Shown in pieces: positions 36,701 through 49,689 of a stretch of 64,000 nt of DNA. The notes beneath the pieces are model-generated. The model was not told the origin of the DNA and searched no databases. It was given only the letters and a program-made list of their open reading frames with translations. The translations under genes and the position numbers were made by a program. The stretch's first letter is position 1. The number at the start of each line of letters is the position of its first letter. The stretch comes from Marsupella aquatica (lineage: Eukaryota > Plantae > Marchantiophyta), in assembly GCA_973895155.1 (NCBI GenBank), contig OZ316896.1, positions 13,062,549 to 13,126,548 of the forward strand. The letters run 5' to 3'.

Positions 36701-38845
36701 GTCATGACTATTCTATTCCCCTTGAAATTGGTGCAGAGCAAGAGGTGAATGTGTCAGAAAGCATACCAGCGTTGAAGTTAAATGATTCATTGGAGGGGGT
36801 ATCACAAATGATTCTGAACCTAGGGGATGATTCTGTTCCCGAGACGATAACTGAAGACCAAGAGATGCAGGAACTGCAGTCCATGGCAGAAGTTAACACA
36901 GATACTTTGTCAGAGGATGATATGGTTCTTAATGTCGGTGAAGATTCTTTCTCACTTGCCACTGCTGAAGAGCAAGAGAAGGATGAGGTGAAGAGCCTAT
37001 CAGTGAGGGCAAGCGAATTGTTGGAAAAAGTTTCGGAGATGACTCGACATCTGACTGATAATTCTTTGTCATTCTCAAATGCTGAAGTAAGAGAAAGGAA
37101 AACGTCAAAGAGCTCACAGAGTGTGACATTGGAGGATGTTGAGGAAGATCCGGAGATGACCTTAAATCTGGGCAATGAATTTGTACCACTTTCAATAGCT
37201 GAACAGCAAGAAAGGGCCCTGGTCAGGTATGGAATAGCCTGTGCTCTGCTGTGTGTTTGCGTGTTAGATAGCAATGTATGGTATCACTAAGAAATTTCAG
37301 TTTTTTTACTCTCTTTTCTTAGGACTGGCTGCTCAAAGTGATTAAGCAAGAATTAGAGCAAGATCCGTCCAACGGATTTATAAACAAATTCCTATCCGAA
37401 GGTGTTTCCTTGTACTTTGGAGCGTTCACCAAAGCAGTCTGCACCTTTGTAATTTGACAGCTTGGAATCTGTAGGGTACCGTCTCTGTCTATTTATCCTC
37501 ACCTAGAGAGCCTTCTAAGTTCAAAGTTGCTGAAGTAGATTCTGGGACTTATGATAGGCATATCTCGGCTGCCATTATCTACAGTAGTTAGCTGGACATA
37601 GCCCTGGCGATGGGAACCTTGACAGGTATGTGTGGGTTCTGCCTAGCTGATGGTCAGTATGGTCTCCTTTGGCAGGAGTTTTAGTGTAGCCAAGCACTAT
37701 AATTGGACTAAAACAGATGGGTCTAGCGATTCTGAAGACGACATAGAAGAAAGTGGAAGTGAAGAAGATCACTCAGAGTATTCAAGAGATGCTCGACAAG
37801 GCGATGAAGCAGATGACAGTGAAAATGAAGAACACTCTTCAGGAGAACAAGATGACTCAGATAGATCCAGTGACGCGGAAGATACTAAGGACAGTGAAAC
37901 TGAAGAACACTCTTCAGAAGAACAAGATGACTCTTTGCATAATAAAGAGCATTCAGAATTGATATCGCCTATCCAAATGACCAATAGCAAATTAGCTGAG
38001 GCCTCACCACAGAGACGAGAGGGTGCAAGCAGCGCGGGGAAGCAGTTACACGAGTCTTCAAAGTGGGCTGCTCTTGCCGATATTTGTCAATTCAGGTTCC
38101 ACCTAATTCATATCCTGTTTGTTGCGTGTACTGGTAGGCGGGTGAGTTTTAGTATGGGTACTTCTGTACGTTTGAAGTATTTGTTTCCTATCTCCGTGTC
38201 ATGACTTTCTGTGCGATGTGGAGCAGGACTGAGAGCACCATGCAATCTGAAGAAGAAAAGCCGGAGAGAAGCAGTGCTCTAGTGGCAAGCAGCAACAAAG
38301 GCGAAGCCACGCCTTCCGTACATTTGTCAGATGTTGAAGTAGACGAGAGCAAGGCACCCTCACAACAGCAAACTGACGGTGACAACACCGGAGGCAAACC
38401 AGATTCTTCAGGTCAAAAGTTGACAAGAGCTGCCTGGAAGTCCTTAGTTGGAGAAACTGGTCGTGTGGTTTTCTCCTTGCGTCAACTCACTGGCTCAAAT
38501 CCGGCTCAGACGCCACCTTTACCACAGGAGACTCATACTCAAGTGGAACCTTCTGTGAGCTCCAAGATATCAAATCAGAGAGAGGCCAAATTGAAGGTAG
38601 CTACTGCTACTCCTGAGAAGAAACATCTGGGTGTTAGGTCCTCCACAGAGCCCAAGTTGAAGGCAGCAGAGCTTCCCAATGCGCCAGGAAACCCTTTAGT
38701 TTCTTCTAGTGATGTTTGCCCTTTCATGAAGTCGGAAAATGCAGAGAAGGAGTGGTTAGCAACCAAGTCAGAGTTGAGGTCAGACTATAGGGCTAAACAA
38801 AAGCATGCAGCAAGAAATGTGAAAAAGTTGTGGGGAAAATGCTGA
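33743..38845 (+). CDS. ROS3: ROS3 / NOL8-like RRM protein, multi-exon
   Basis: Exons 33743-33946, 34576-34821, 35002-35146 and more: VRLYVGGL..RGFAYVDF.PAS..SLRKLFSA|YNGCKWRGGLLRIEKAKEH..RLRDEW, IFFPKLKK|LRPVPLTGLGKHKRSFQRV..CACEE, AWKSLVGE, CPFMKS...KEW, as recalled for Arabidopsis ROS3. Middle exons not fully resolved. Confidence 0.85.
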
Positions 38846-39236
38846 CCTTTGCTCACAGATGAAAGCTTCAATCCCAGTTAAGTTTAGATTCTGTGCTGAT
38901 ATGCCTCACAGAAGATGGAAACTAACGATGACCGGTTATGGAGTCACGAATTTTTTCTTGACGAGGAGGACAATCAAGTTATCAAGGACTTGTAGGGGGA
39001 TCTAGAAGATCTTTATGAGAAATTGGGCTCAATCACCTGAATCCTAACAGAACTCGTGGCATGTCCCTCCCACATGGCATTTTAATGTGTTAAAAATGCT
39101 GGATGCGCTTTTGCAACTCTGGAGGAACTTCAACAAGTGTTTGAAAGTGTTCCAATAATCTATTAACATCTTTCGTAGGGTATGTGTGTTTGACATTCAT
39201 TTGACACACTAGCCTGACCGATTCCATCCATTCCAT

Positions 39237-39640
39237 GAGCGTGTATTGGATGACCTTAGATGCTGTGGGAATATCTTTCTTCAGAATTCATGGCAAGGTG
39301 AACCAATGTCTTATATTGTTTACAGCTGTTAGAAATGAGAGTGTATTGGATAACCTTAGATGCTATGGGAATATCTTTCTTCAGAATTCATGGCAAGGTG
39401 AACCAATGTCTTATATTGTTTACAGCTGTTAGAAATGGGAGTGTATTGGATAACCTTAGATGCTGTGGGATCATCTTTCTTCAGAATTCATGGCAAGGTG
39501 AACCAATGTCTTATATTGTTTACAGCTGTTAGAAATGGGAGTGTATCGGATAACCTTAGATGCTATGGGAATATCTTTCTTCAGAATTATGGCAAGGTGA
39601 ACCAATGTCTTGTATTGTTTACAGATGTTAGAAATGGGAG
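39237..39640. repeat. 100-bp tandem repeat, ~4 copies
   Basis: GAGTGTATTGGATAACCTTAGATGCT...TACAGCTGTTAGAAATGG repeats with a 100-bp period and very few differences. Confidence 0.95.
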
Positions 39641-40106
39641 TAGCTGTAGATATAGCTCGTTTTGTTCTGCCCATTTCTGAAGAAAAAAACCAAACCTTAT
39701 ATAATCATGACTTGGAAATTCTTAAAAGTGGAAGAGGTTTTTTAATATTTTAATATTTACAATAGATTTATAGGCCATATACCAATGTAACCCATGTCTA
39801 TTATTACCTGGTGTGTATTTTAAATTTTTTTTGTCAAAGTGTGTAATAAAGTGTAAGGGTTTTCAAAATTACTTAAAAAATTATTATTAGTTTATTCTCA
39901 TATATTTTAGGGGTTTTACACTAAGTGATTTCTCAAGAAAGCTTTTTAGATCCAATATTTTTGTTACACTTTAGTGTGTTCACGATCTCAAACATGGCAG
40001 GTGATGGAGAGGCCTTGATATAATAAGAACCCCAAGCAATTTTCGTGCTCTCCACATAAGATGTTGAGATGAGAGACACGTTTGGTGGTGAGACAAAGAT
40101 GTCAAG

Positions 40107-40362
40107 ACAAGACAAAGACATCAAGGAGAATTTGAATATCAAGGTGGGGTAAAGATGATTGTTGGGGTGAAGTAAATCTAGATTTTGAGACAACAAGACA
40201 AATATATCAAGGAGCATTTGAATATCAAGGTGGGGTAAAGATGATTGTTGGGGTGAAGTAAATCTAGATTTTGAGACAAACAAGACAAAGATATCAAGGA
40301 GAATTTGAATATCAAGGTGAGGTAAAGATGATTGTTGGGGTGAAGTAAATCTAGATGTTGAG
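40107..40362. repeat. ~89-bp tandem repeat, ~3 copies
   Basis: ATCAAGGAGAATTTGAATATCAAGGTGGGGTAAAGATGATTGTTGGGGTGAAGTAAATCTAGAT occurs three times. Confidence 0.9.
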
Positions 40363-41078
40363 TAAAGGCAGGCTGGAGCCCAGCAAGAAATCTGCATTCA
40401 TTTGTCAATGATGATACGGAAGATGGGACAAAAGGTGCCAATGGGGGTAATGAGGTGGGCCCAGCTGAGGAAAGAATTGGTGCAAACCAAGTCTAACATA
40501 GATGCCCAAGCATGTCAAGCAAGCTGGGTCTTGGGAGATTGGTCAAATTGGCCTTCATTAAAAAAACCTTCCTTTAATAGTTTTTTTAAAAGAATTATGT
40601 TAGATGTTTGGGTCCACGGAAGAAATATTTGCCACTGTTTCTCTTGAGGGAAAACAAATAAAAATACACTAAAAGTGTAAAAACACTCCCCTCCACTTTT
40701 TGCATTAATTTTCAGTTTATTTTGGAAAAAGGCATTGATTGATGTAGTTGTGAAAGTGATGCTGGTGGAGAGGGTGAGGGCATGGTTAGGTATGAGGGAG
40801 TGCAAGAGAGGCCATGGTCATGGGGGCTTCAAGGTGTGGTGTGTGATGCTATGTGGAGGGGGATATTATTATCCTTTCCCTCCCCCCTTTTCCTATCTCT
40901 TCCCTTCCTTCCCACTCCCTTACTCCCTCCTTTTTGGCACAATTAAATAAAAATAATAAAAATATTATGTAGGGAGGGAAAAACAATGTTAGCCCTTTTC
41001 AATATCAAATAAATCCCCCTAGTCTGTTGCAAACAGCCAAAAGCATACAGTGGCTACATGCAAAGAAAACACCTAGTA

Positions 41079-41851
41079 CACTGTTCATCGTAATTAGTGT
41101 GAGTAACACTAATTCAAGAGCCCCCATTTTTGGGGTCTACTCGCGAATTAGTGTTAGTCACACTGATTCTGAGCAAACACTAATTCCGCGCGCACCAAAT
41201 AGTGTTACATAACACTGATTTGCATGACTTTTAGAGTGACTCGTATCACGCGACACCAGAATGACGGGACTTCAAGTGTTCTTGACAACCAGGCCTCTCA
41301 TCACAGGCTCTTTGTTAGGGTATTCAGTTGTCACTCTCATTCAGGCTAACATTGATTGATGAGCAGAATAGCGGTAGTTCAATGTGAGCTGCCAGAAAAA
41401 GATCCCTAATTGATGCTTTAGCCTCCACGACTAAAGAGCTCTTCGCTATAATTGTCATTACCTAGGCAAGTGAGGGTCTACACCTTATGTGCAGAACTCT
41501 TCAGTACTTTTGTACCCTTTTATTAACCTCCAAATGCTCTACTGTTGGATGTGAAATAAAACCTCCAAAAATGATTGCACGTGGGAGTAAATGTAAGTTG
41601 CGGAGCCCTCAAATCCCTAATGGATACTCTAGCCCTCCACTATTACAGAGCTTTCATCTCCAAATGCTCTACAATAATATGTTGAGCAAAACATTTATTT
41701 AAACAAAACCTCAAAATAAATAAATTGAAAACAGACACCAATTAGTGTTACTTTTGCTTTGGGATCAATTAAGTTCACATAAATTAGTGTGACCAACACT
41801 AATTTGGACATAACATTAATTCTGGCATAACACTAATTATGGTGAACAGCA
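41079..41851. mobile_element. Non-autonomous TIR element, probably Tc1/mariner-type (TA flanks)
   Basis: Left TA-CACTGTTCATCGTAATTAGTGT, right ACACTAATTATGGTGAACAGCA-TA; subterminal AATTAGTGT..ACACTAATT palindromes at both ends. Confidence 0.6.
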
Positions 41852-42524
41852 TAACTATGTGCATGTAACATAGACACAATCACATGTACCTAGCTTGTAT
41901 TCCAGGGTAAGTTGGTATATGTTTGGACAACAATTTAAGTGTCTAAAAATCTATAAAAGAATCTGATGGGATCAAGCTGGTATATCTAGCCGTGGACAAA
42001 AATTCAAGAATCTGATGGGATCCAGCTAGATTCTTGTTCCTGGGTATGCAATTCTTGTATCACAGGCACGCAATTACATTATTTTTTATATGGACTAAAA
42101 GGTTGGGTATAATAAAAAAATAAACATTAAAAAAAGCTGGGTTTTCCACTAATAAAAAGTTATGAGTTGTCAGTATTTCAAGTTTGGTTTTGTTCTTTTT
42201 CCAAATAGGACTAAAAAAAAACTTAAACTTGTTAAAATTCTAAAAATACTAAAAGGCTGGCTAGTCTGGATGTATGCTGTCTCTACTGTACTTATTAAAA
42301 AAAAGTCATATAATTTGGTTTGGTTCAAGTTTTTGAACATCAAAACAAGTATGAATTTTTTTCTAGAGTTACATTTAATTTTGCATTCCTTGAGTTGAAG
42401 AGTAGTTGCATTCAGAGGATCTTGTTCCCACTGTTTCCAAATTTACAACCAGACGACTAAAAGTTTTGGCAGGATTCCGGCCATATTATAGCCGGTACTA
42501 GCTCAATGCCCGTGCGTTGCACGA

Positions 42525-43085
42525 AAGATGTTGAGTGATAAAAATATGTCGAGTGATAAAATGATGTTGAGTGATAAAAAGATGTCGGGTAATAAAAAAA
42601 TGTCGAGGTGATAAAAAGTTGTCGAGGTGATAAAAAGATGTCGAGTGACAAAAAGATGTCGAGGTGATAAAAATATGTTGAGATGATAAAAAGATGTCGA
42701 GGTGATACAAAGTTGTCGAGGTGATACAAAGATCAAGGTGATAAAAAGATGTTAATGTGAGAAAAATATGTCAAAGAGAAAAAAAAGATATTGAGTTGAG
42801 CAAAAGATGTCGAGATGAACAAAAGATGTTGAGATGAACAAAAAATGTTCATGAGAGAAAAGATGAGGAGGAGATAAAAACATTTTGAGATAAAAAAACA
42901 AATGTCTAGGTGAGGCACAAATGTAAAGGTGATCAAAGATTTAGGGTTACATGATTGTTCATATAACCCTAAACCTTAATGCCTGTGCGCACAGAAGATG
43001 TCGAGGTGAGGAAAAGATGTCGAGGCGAGGCAAAGATGTCGAGGCGAGGAAAAAATGTCAACTAAGGAGAGGCAAAGATGTCAAG
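42525..43085. repeat. ~19-20 bp minisatellite (AAAAGATGTCGAGGTGATA) inside the Helitron
   Basis: Many diverged tandem units directly visible. Confidence 0.9.
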
Positions 43086-43368
43086 GCAGCGCAAATTCCC
43101 CACCTTTTACTACTCATCTTTTCCCCACCTTTTACTACTTTTCCCTTCCTTACTAGTCTTCTTTTTTCTATATCCCCCCCCCCCCTCCTTTTTCCTTGAG
43201 GCCAACTTCTTATCCTTATGGTGCAAGTGTCGTATCTTTTGGGGAGTGTATAACCTCTATGAGGCACCAAAAAGTAAAATCTAATTAGCCCCATCATTGC
43301 TGTACTTTCAAGTACAATTGCTCACAGGCATATAGCATTAAATGGTCAAGTGTGCCTTGGAGGTGGTA

Positions 43369-44369
43369 CACCTTGAGTTAAATCTACATCAAGTTAATGC
43401 TCCCCCACTTTCCAGGGGCGCCTTACACTGCCCGTCCCAATCCCCGATGCTGCTGCCCGCTCCGGCCCAAGTTTGGCAGAACATAAACCAATACTCTACG
43501 ATTTAATGCATGCGTTCCGATTCGATCGACTTTGCGCCATCGACTTCGGGTTTATGTTTTGGCACCCATCACTTTTTGTCGGCCGCTCCAGCCTCTACTT
43601 TGTGTCATCAACTTTTTGGAAATAAGTGTTGCCAAGACATAAACCACAACTCCATAGAGAATAAGTACTTGGCATAACATAAACCAAGAGTCTAACAATC
43701 ATGACTCTCAACCAAAGTATTAGGCTCCCCTTGAACACTTAGATTCTATTACAAAATAGGTATGACTCGATCGGAAAGAAGTGTTGCCAGAACATAAACC
43801 GTGACTCCATCAAGAAGAAGCATTTGGAAAAACATCAACCAAGACTCTAGAATCATGACTCTTAACCCAAATACTAGGTTGTGCCTAAATGCGTAGACTG
43901 TCTTACTAAACAAACATCACTCCCTTGGAAAGAAGTGTTGCCAAAACATTAATCAAAAGTCCATAGTGGATAAGTATTTGGCACAACATAAACCAAGACT
44001 CTATAAATCGTAACTCTTAACCAAAGTACTAGGCTTGCCTTGAACACTTAGACTCTCTTACAAAGAAAATATAACTTTGTTGGAAAGAAGAGTTGCCAGA
44101 ACATAAACCACGACTCCACAAGGAAGAAGTCGATGACACAAACTTAAATCGTTTAGGCTGGAGCGAGCGAATGTGCCAAAACATAAACCCGAAGTCGATG
44201 GCGCAAAGTCGATTGGGCCGGAGCGCATGCGTTAAATCTTAGAGTATTGGTTTATGTTCTGCTAAACTTGGGCCGGAGCGGGCAGCAGTATCGGGGATTG
44301 GGACGGGCAGTGTACGACGCCCCAAGAAAGTGGGGGAGCATTAACTTGATGTAGATTTAACTCAGGGTG
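43369..44369. mobile_element. ~1-kb foldback-like element with ~200-bp TIRs and internal diverged tandem repeats
   Basis: 43369-~43565 is the reverse complement of ~44172-44369; flanking duplication GTGGTA (6 bp), or GGTGGTAC (8 bp) if each end is trimmed by 1 nt; internal GAAAGAAGTGTTGCCAGAACATAAACC units. Confidence 0.9.
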
Positions 44370-44624
44370 GTGGTACCTTGGCCTTACGTGCCCTTGACAG
44401 TGTACCTTTGCCTCTGAAATAAAACTAAAGAGACAAATGGATGATTTTGGTATATCTGATGGTCATTAAAAATTGTCATTTCAATGGATGATCCAGATTT
44501 GTTCCCGCCTTTTTAGATTTTTGTAAGCGGACGAAGCCCAGAAATGGACGGGATTGAATATTATAATAACTTGATTATATAGTTGATGATCTGATACACA
44601 AATATATATGTCCTTCCAACTATG

Positions 44625-45240
44625 AATAAGGAGACACAGAGTGTAGATCCTCTGGGACTACTTTAGGAGCCAAACTAAGTGCAGTTGATACACGACAATA
44701 TTTGTCCTTTCAACTATGAATAAGGAGTATACGCAAATATATTTTTCCTTCCAACTATGAATAATGAGTCCACGGAGTACGGAGTGTAGATCCGCTCGGA
44801 TTACAGTAATTTAGGAGCGCCAAGTCGAGATTATCTGGGCCTGCACTCTGTAGTACTCTAGAAGCACAAAGCCAGGTGAGCTTTCATCTGGAGACTGAAG
44901 GCTGTAGTACTTTCGAAAGCACAAAGCCAGCCAGGGTGAGCTATCATCTGAAGACTGCAGTCTCTAGTAATTTCGAAAGCACAAAGCCAGCGTGAGCTGA
45001 AAAGTTTACACCATCCTCATGGCCTTCTTGTATGTAGGCCCACATCCTCCCTCATCTCCTTGGTGGGCGGTCGCCGGAAAACATCCATCCAGTCGAGCCA
45101 GAATCTTGCAAAACCTTGAAATTCTGCCATAGAAATGCTCACCAACGTACTTGACGTGACGATTTGTTCAAAGCAGCTTTGAAATTCTGCCTTAGAAATG
45201 CTCACCAACGTACTCGACGTGACGATTTGTTCAAAGCAGC
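44625..45240. repeat. Cluster of short local duplications
   Basis: CCTTCCAACTATGAATAAGGAG x3, GAAAGCACAAAGCCAG x3, and a ~62-bp tandem pair at ~45117-45240. Confidence 0.75.
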
Positions 45241-45744
45241 GACAAGAACTAGGGGTCAGATGTGGCCAGTGATATACTAGCCGTTTTGTCTAGTATCAAG
45301 TTGTCTTTCCCTGCTCGGCTCTGATAATTTATTATATTGTGATTATAATAGAGCAACGCTTCACTGCGTATCACATGCAATGATCATAATGTTGTACAGA
45401 AGGGCAATTAGCCCGAAAGGTCCACGAGATTGGACGAGAGACCGCTTCAGTTGTAGTAGGGACCTAACAGAGACATATCTTTGGATCGTCTATTTATTTG
45501 AATGGAATTATATTCTAAATCTAGAGAGTAGTGTAAATGAATGATATTCGAATCAATGAACATCCGACCTCTCGACCTCTGCATGTCACAGAAGTTTGGG
45601 TGAAAAGAGGCCCTGTCTTGTTCGAAATGTAGGAAAGACGAGAGAACCAACGATGTCGTGAGTACAGTACTGTGGCCCATTTTATGTTTCTAGCCTGAGA
45701 TAACTAAATAGATCATCGTGCAAGCGACGTAAAGAAGAGCAGAG

Positions 45745-48303
45745 TCATGAAACGAGAGAGACAGCTCTCTTTGAATTGCCTTCGCCTTGACCACAAGTTG
45801 AGTTGCCGATGACATGACCATTCGTCGAGTTCCAATTGACGTTCACACCACTTCTCGAGTTGCCATTGACGACCCCGCTTGACGAGTTGCTATTGACTTG
45901 ACCGGTCGTGGAGGTACCACTAATTTGACCATTCGCCGTGTTACCATTTTCCTGGCCATTCGTCTTGGAGTTGCTATTTTCCTGACCGCTCGTTGATTTG
46001 CCATGAAGGTTCGGCGAGAGCACATCAGCCTGACCAGTATTAGGTGAATTGATCTTAAGAACTCTGTAAAGTAAAAGCTTGGCCTTTATTTCCTCAGGAA
46101 CTCGAGTTGGTCTGTGGTTCTGGTCGAGGACAACTACTGTGGCTTTGGCGGACATGATCAACTGCACATGCCAGTCAAGTTCACAACTCGTATGAATCAG
46201 AAATTGAATAACAGCGATAATTAGTGGGGAGAATGAGATCGCGCAGGAACTCAGAATTCTCATTCTCGCTGTTATTGATCATAACTGATCTCCACGTCTA
46301 AGCCCAATCATCCTCTTGTTAAAGGAAGAACCATGACTATCAACTGACATTCTTACCTCTCTTTGAGGAAGCTTGTAGATAGTGTCTTCGAAATACAGTC
46401 GAGCTGCAGTTGTTCCCGTCACTCGCGAACTCACGATGTACCGATCACCACTCTGGTATCAAACCACTGTGCATTAGACTTGACAGGAGGAACTCCACCC
46501 TCTTCACTGTACATAGTAACAAGGAGAATGGGCACTACGGCATCCATAGGTCAGAACACAATTCAATCCATCTAATGTTTTATCCGACTATTCGATCTAG
46601 CTAGTAGTCATCTAACACAAGGGCAGGACTGATGCAGAGTCAAACCAGTAATGTACACAATTATGGGCGAAGACTGTTTCACATCTACTGTACATACTAT
46701 GTCTGCATTTCAGAGAGCATGAAAAAGAGCTTACTCTGAGAGGCGATACGAACTTCATTGACATCTCAACTATAGCCATAGATTTTCCAGATTGAATCAC
46801 AGCATCTGGACTGAAACCAACGTTTTCCAAAAGCTCATGTCTTGCTGCACACAGCATACGTACCAAAATATTAGAATCAAAGTTATATATACAATATGAT
46901 CATAGTTGGCATTAAGAAGAGAAACAGATACCTACACGTACCTATGAAGGGTGGACATCACGGATAACCTCGGATATGTGGCTATCAATATTTTACATGG
47001 GTACGTGCCTGTTAATATTTTTCAGGAAGTAACTTAGATTACTTCAAGGCTTTGGACTCAGAACCATATATACATTGTTTGCTTGCATCTGAAACTATGA
47101 ATGGCTTCAGTTTAATGAAGAGTAACGAAGAAGGGGCGAAGAAAGAAATGAGGTTCAGATAGACCACGCACCATGTTGGCAAAACTGAGCATAAATGGCA
47201 TTGTTCACCACCCCGAAGTGGTCTAGCTCGTAATCACGAACTTTCTCCTCGATTTCGAATGCTTCAAACATCCTGTCAGTACGTATAGACGTAGCGACCC
47301 AGTTAGCTGACGCAGAAAACATTTAATTTGACACAATGACTGATAGAAGAAAGTGCACATCCTCCTTCTCAGATCAATCTTTCCCTCCAATTTTGTAGTC
47401 ATTGAAAGCTGTGAATAACGAAGACACTTTGCGAGACACTTTGTTGCATAATTATTATCTCACGGAAGTCCTCCTTTAATCGAATTTCCATCTAGAATGA
47501 TATACCCGCTGCCTTCGTGAATAAACCTTCAAACTTCTGGGAACTCCTAGCTATCTGACATAACTATTGGAGGGCAGTCAATTCAATTTAGCTGTCGACA
47601 CTTAGTTAGTGTCTGGACCTGTAACGTCTGACGCCACTTGGAGGTCAGTCAATTGGGTCTTAGCTGTAAAGTAGCTAGCTCTCGATATTCTCTCTCTAGC
47701 CCTGTAGAATTGTCTGACCTCCGAATTGAGTATAGGTGTTTTTTTCTGGATCGCAGGGCTCAATTTTTAGAAAGTCATCGTCCGGCTAGAATTAATGATA
47801 GTTACCATTATATATTAAGATATCGACGATATTAGATACCGTTAAGAGACCAGCTAAGATCGAAGTTAATCTGCGTCGACTCTTAGTCCGTGGGTGTCGA
47901 TCACAATGAGTGAAGCAAGAGAACAGCGAACTTACTCGATGTTCGTGGGCAATTTCCCCATTACTTGCACCGCCACATCGTGCACTGCAAGTGTCCGAGA
48001 CGAATGCCTCGGGTGGGAAAAATCGCTTCCACGGGACCAAAGTGCAGCGGCCGAGCCTGCGAGCGACGCCGATTTCGACAGAGATCGCAACGCAGCTACC
48101 GGCTCTCCACCAGCTGATGCGACTCCAGATCTCTTTCCATAGCTACTGGCGAACGTCCTCTCAAATTTACTAGACCCTGCAGATCGGCCAAATTTGGCAG
48201 GCAGAGCCACAGCTCTTGGAGAATTCTTTCCCTTTTGCGTCGAGATCGCTGTTCCTTCAAAACCCACTCGGCAAGGCGTGCATTGGAGAGTTGTGCTCGC
48301 CAT
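45745..48303 (-). CDS. ALT: Acyl-lipid/acyl-ACP thioesterase (ALT/MKS2-like, 4HBT hotdog fold) with putative plastid transit peptide and N/G/S-rich tail
   Basis: Exons 48303-47936, 47272-47172, 46844-46735, 46452-46357 and 46161-45745 splice in frame: [57 protein letters not shown]-..[18 protein letters not shown]. Confidence 0.92.
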
Positions 48304-49689
48304 CGCTTCTGTTGATGGAGCTGCTCGTGCTGCCTCAGTTTGCTTGCCGCATACCTCAGCTAAAAAAGCTTGATTGCATCCGGTCTCTCGGACTGTCTCA
48401 GACTGAAGCCGATCGAGCCCTTTAGTCCCAAACACTCTGCATGCTGGGCTCGATCCAGCGTCCTTATTTCCGCTGGCAGAAAAAGGAGGTCTGGTCTATA
48501 TACCGTGCACTCTTGGATTGGTCCGTCGTCCTCCTGCATGTCTCAGAGCCCAGCCAAGAACAGTGGGGAAAAGGCATTTACACGGCACCGAATTCATTTG
48601 TCACCTACTTGGGTTCTACTTCTTCCTACTCAAGCACTCAACTCTCAATGGTTCTCCGTGATTTGCGGACATTTCTCATGAGGTTGAGCGTTCAGAAACG
48701 GGGACGGCTAAGTTTTAATTAGACACCATGAATGCATGGTCATTTTTATTGGGAGCACAAACCCATGGAAATCTGCTCGAGACGATACGCAGAGTGTTGA
48801 AGACGGCAAATTTGATCCTTGTACAATTGTGTAGGAGACACCAAGGTCCTAAAGATGGAAATTAAAAATAACAGTTTTGGGGGCACCAAAATAAATACAA
48901 CACTTTAATACTAATTATAATTAATGTTACTAAACTGCAAATTAATTTGATAAACTATGGCAAACCGTACTTTGTTTCGATCAAAGAACACTACAACCAT
49001 TATTTATGAAATAGTATATATCACATGATTGCCAGTAAGGTCACAAAGAGATATTTGTTTTACAATGTAGTCCCTAGAACCGCACTCCACCAAATTTTAG
49101 TGAGTGCCGGATCGAGCCCTCTGTAGTACCACTTACTCTGACTCTAAAGAACTAATGTAGTGAGCACAAAAACTGGAAGAAAAGGCTACCCCTTTACACA
49201 CGTTTTCAAGAAATTGTCAAAGATAGGGTGTAGAGACACGCAGACCTCCAAGTAATCCCCATAACTATAGCAAGTAACAAATTTGATTTTAGACAGACAG
49301 TACGTGGCTCTTATTTGTTAGGTGTCCACCTCTTGTTCTAAATGGTCTTTGCCACTCTTGGCCAAAATTAGCTAGCCACTAAGCCCACCTCAACTGAGGT
49401 AAAACTGCTCCCAATAATTGTTTCCATTAAATTCATTTTACTCAAAACATAAAATTTTCCCCGCAACAATTTTTGATTGAGTCAAATCACAATGAAAATT
49501 CACATATAATATGGCGTTGGAAAGATCTTGAAGAGACGGTCCTGATGAGCTCAACATTGTCACCATTCGATAAGAATTGAGTAAGTAATTTGGAAAATAA
49601 ATTTTACCTATGATTTTGTAATCTCTAAGTAACTGAATAGAAATCTTTGTTGTACAACCCCTGAAATTTTAACCTCTTGAGAATGAACC

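Larger units (their letters stand above)
42498..44586 (-). mobile_element. Non-autonomous Helitron
   Basis: Minus-strand 3' end CGTGC-AAC-GCACG hairpin, GGCATTGAG, CTAG, then T. Candidate 5' end A|TCAACTATATAAT at 44586 (44589 also possible; less certain). Confidence 0.7.

Noticed and set aside
39237-39640. CRISPR-like array
   Set aside because: Whole 100-bp units repeat with no unique spacers; eukaryotic context and no cas genes
42457-42936. Several short repetitive ORFs
   Set aside because: Translation artefacts of the minisatellite
25639-48303. Biosynthetic gene cluster (reductase + glycosyltransferase + thioesterase)
   Set aside because: No core synthase; GT90 is a secretory-pathway enzyme, ALT is plastid-type, and a housekeeping RRM gene lies between them
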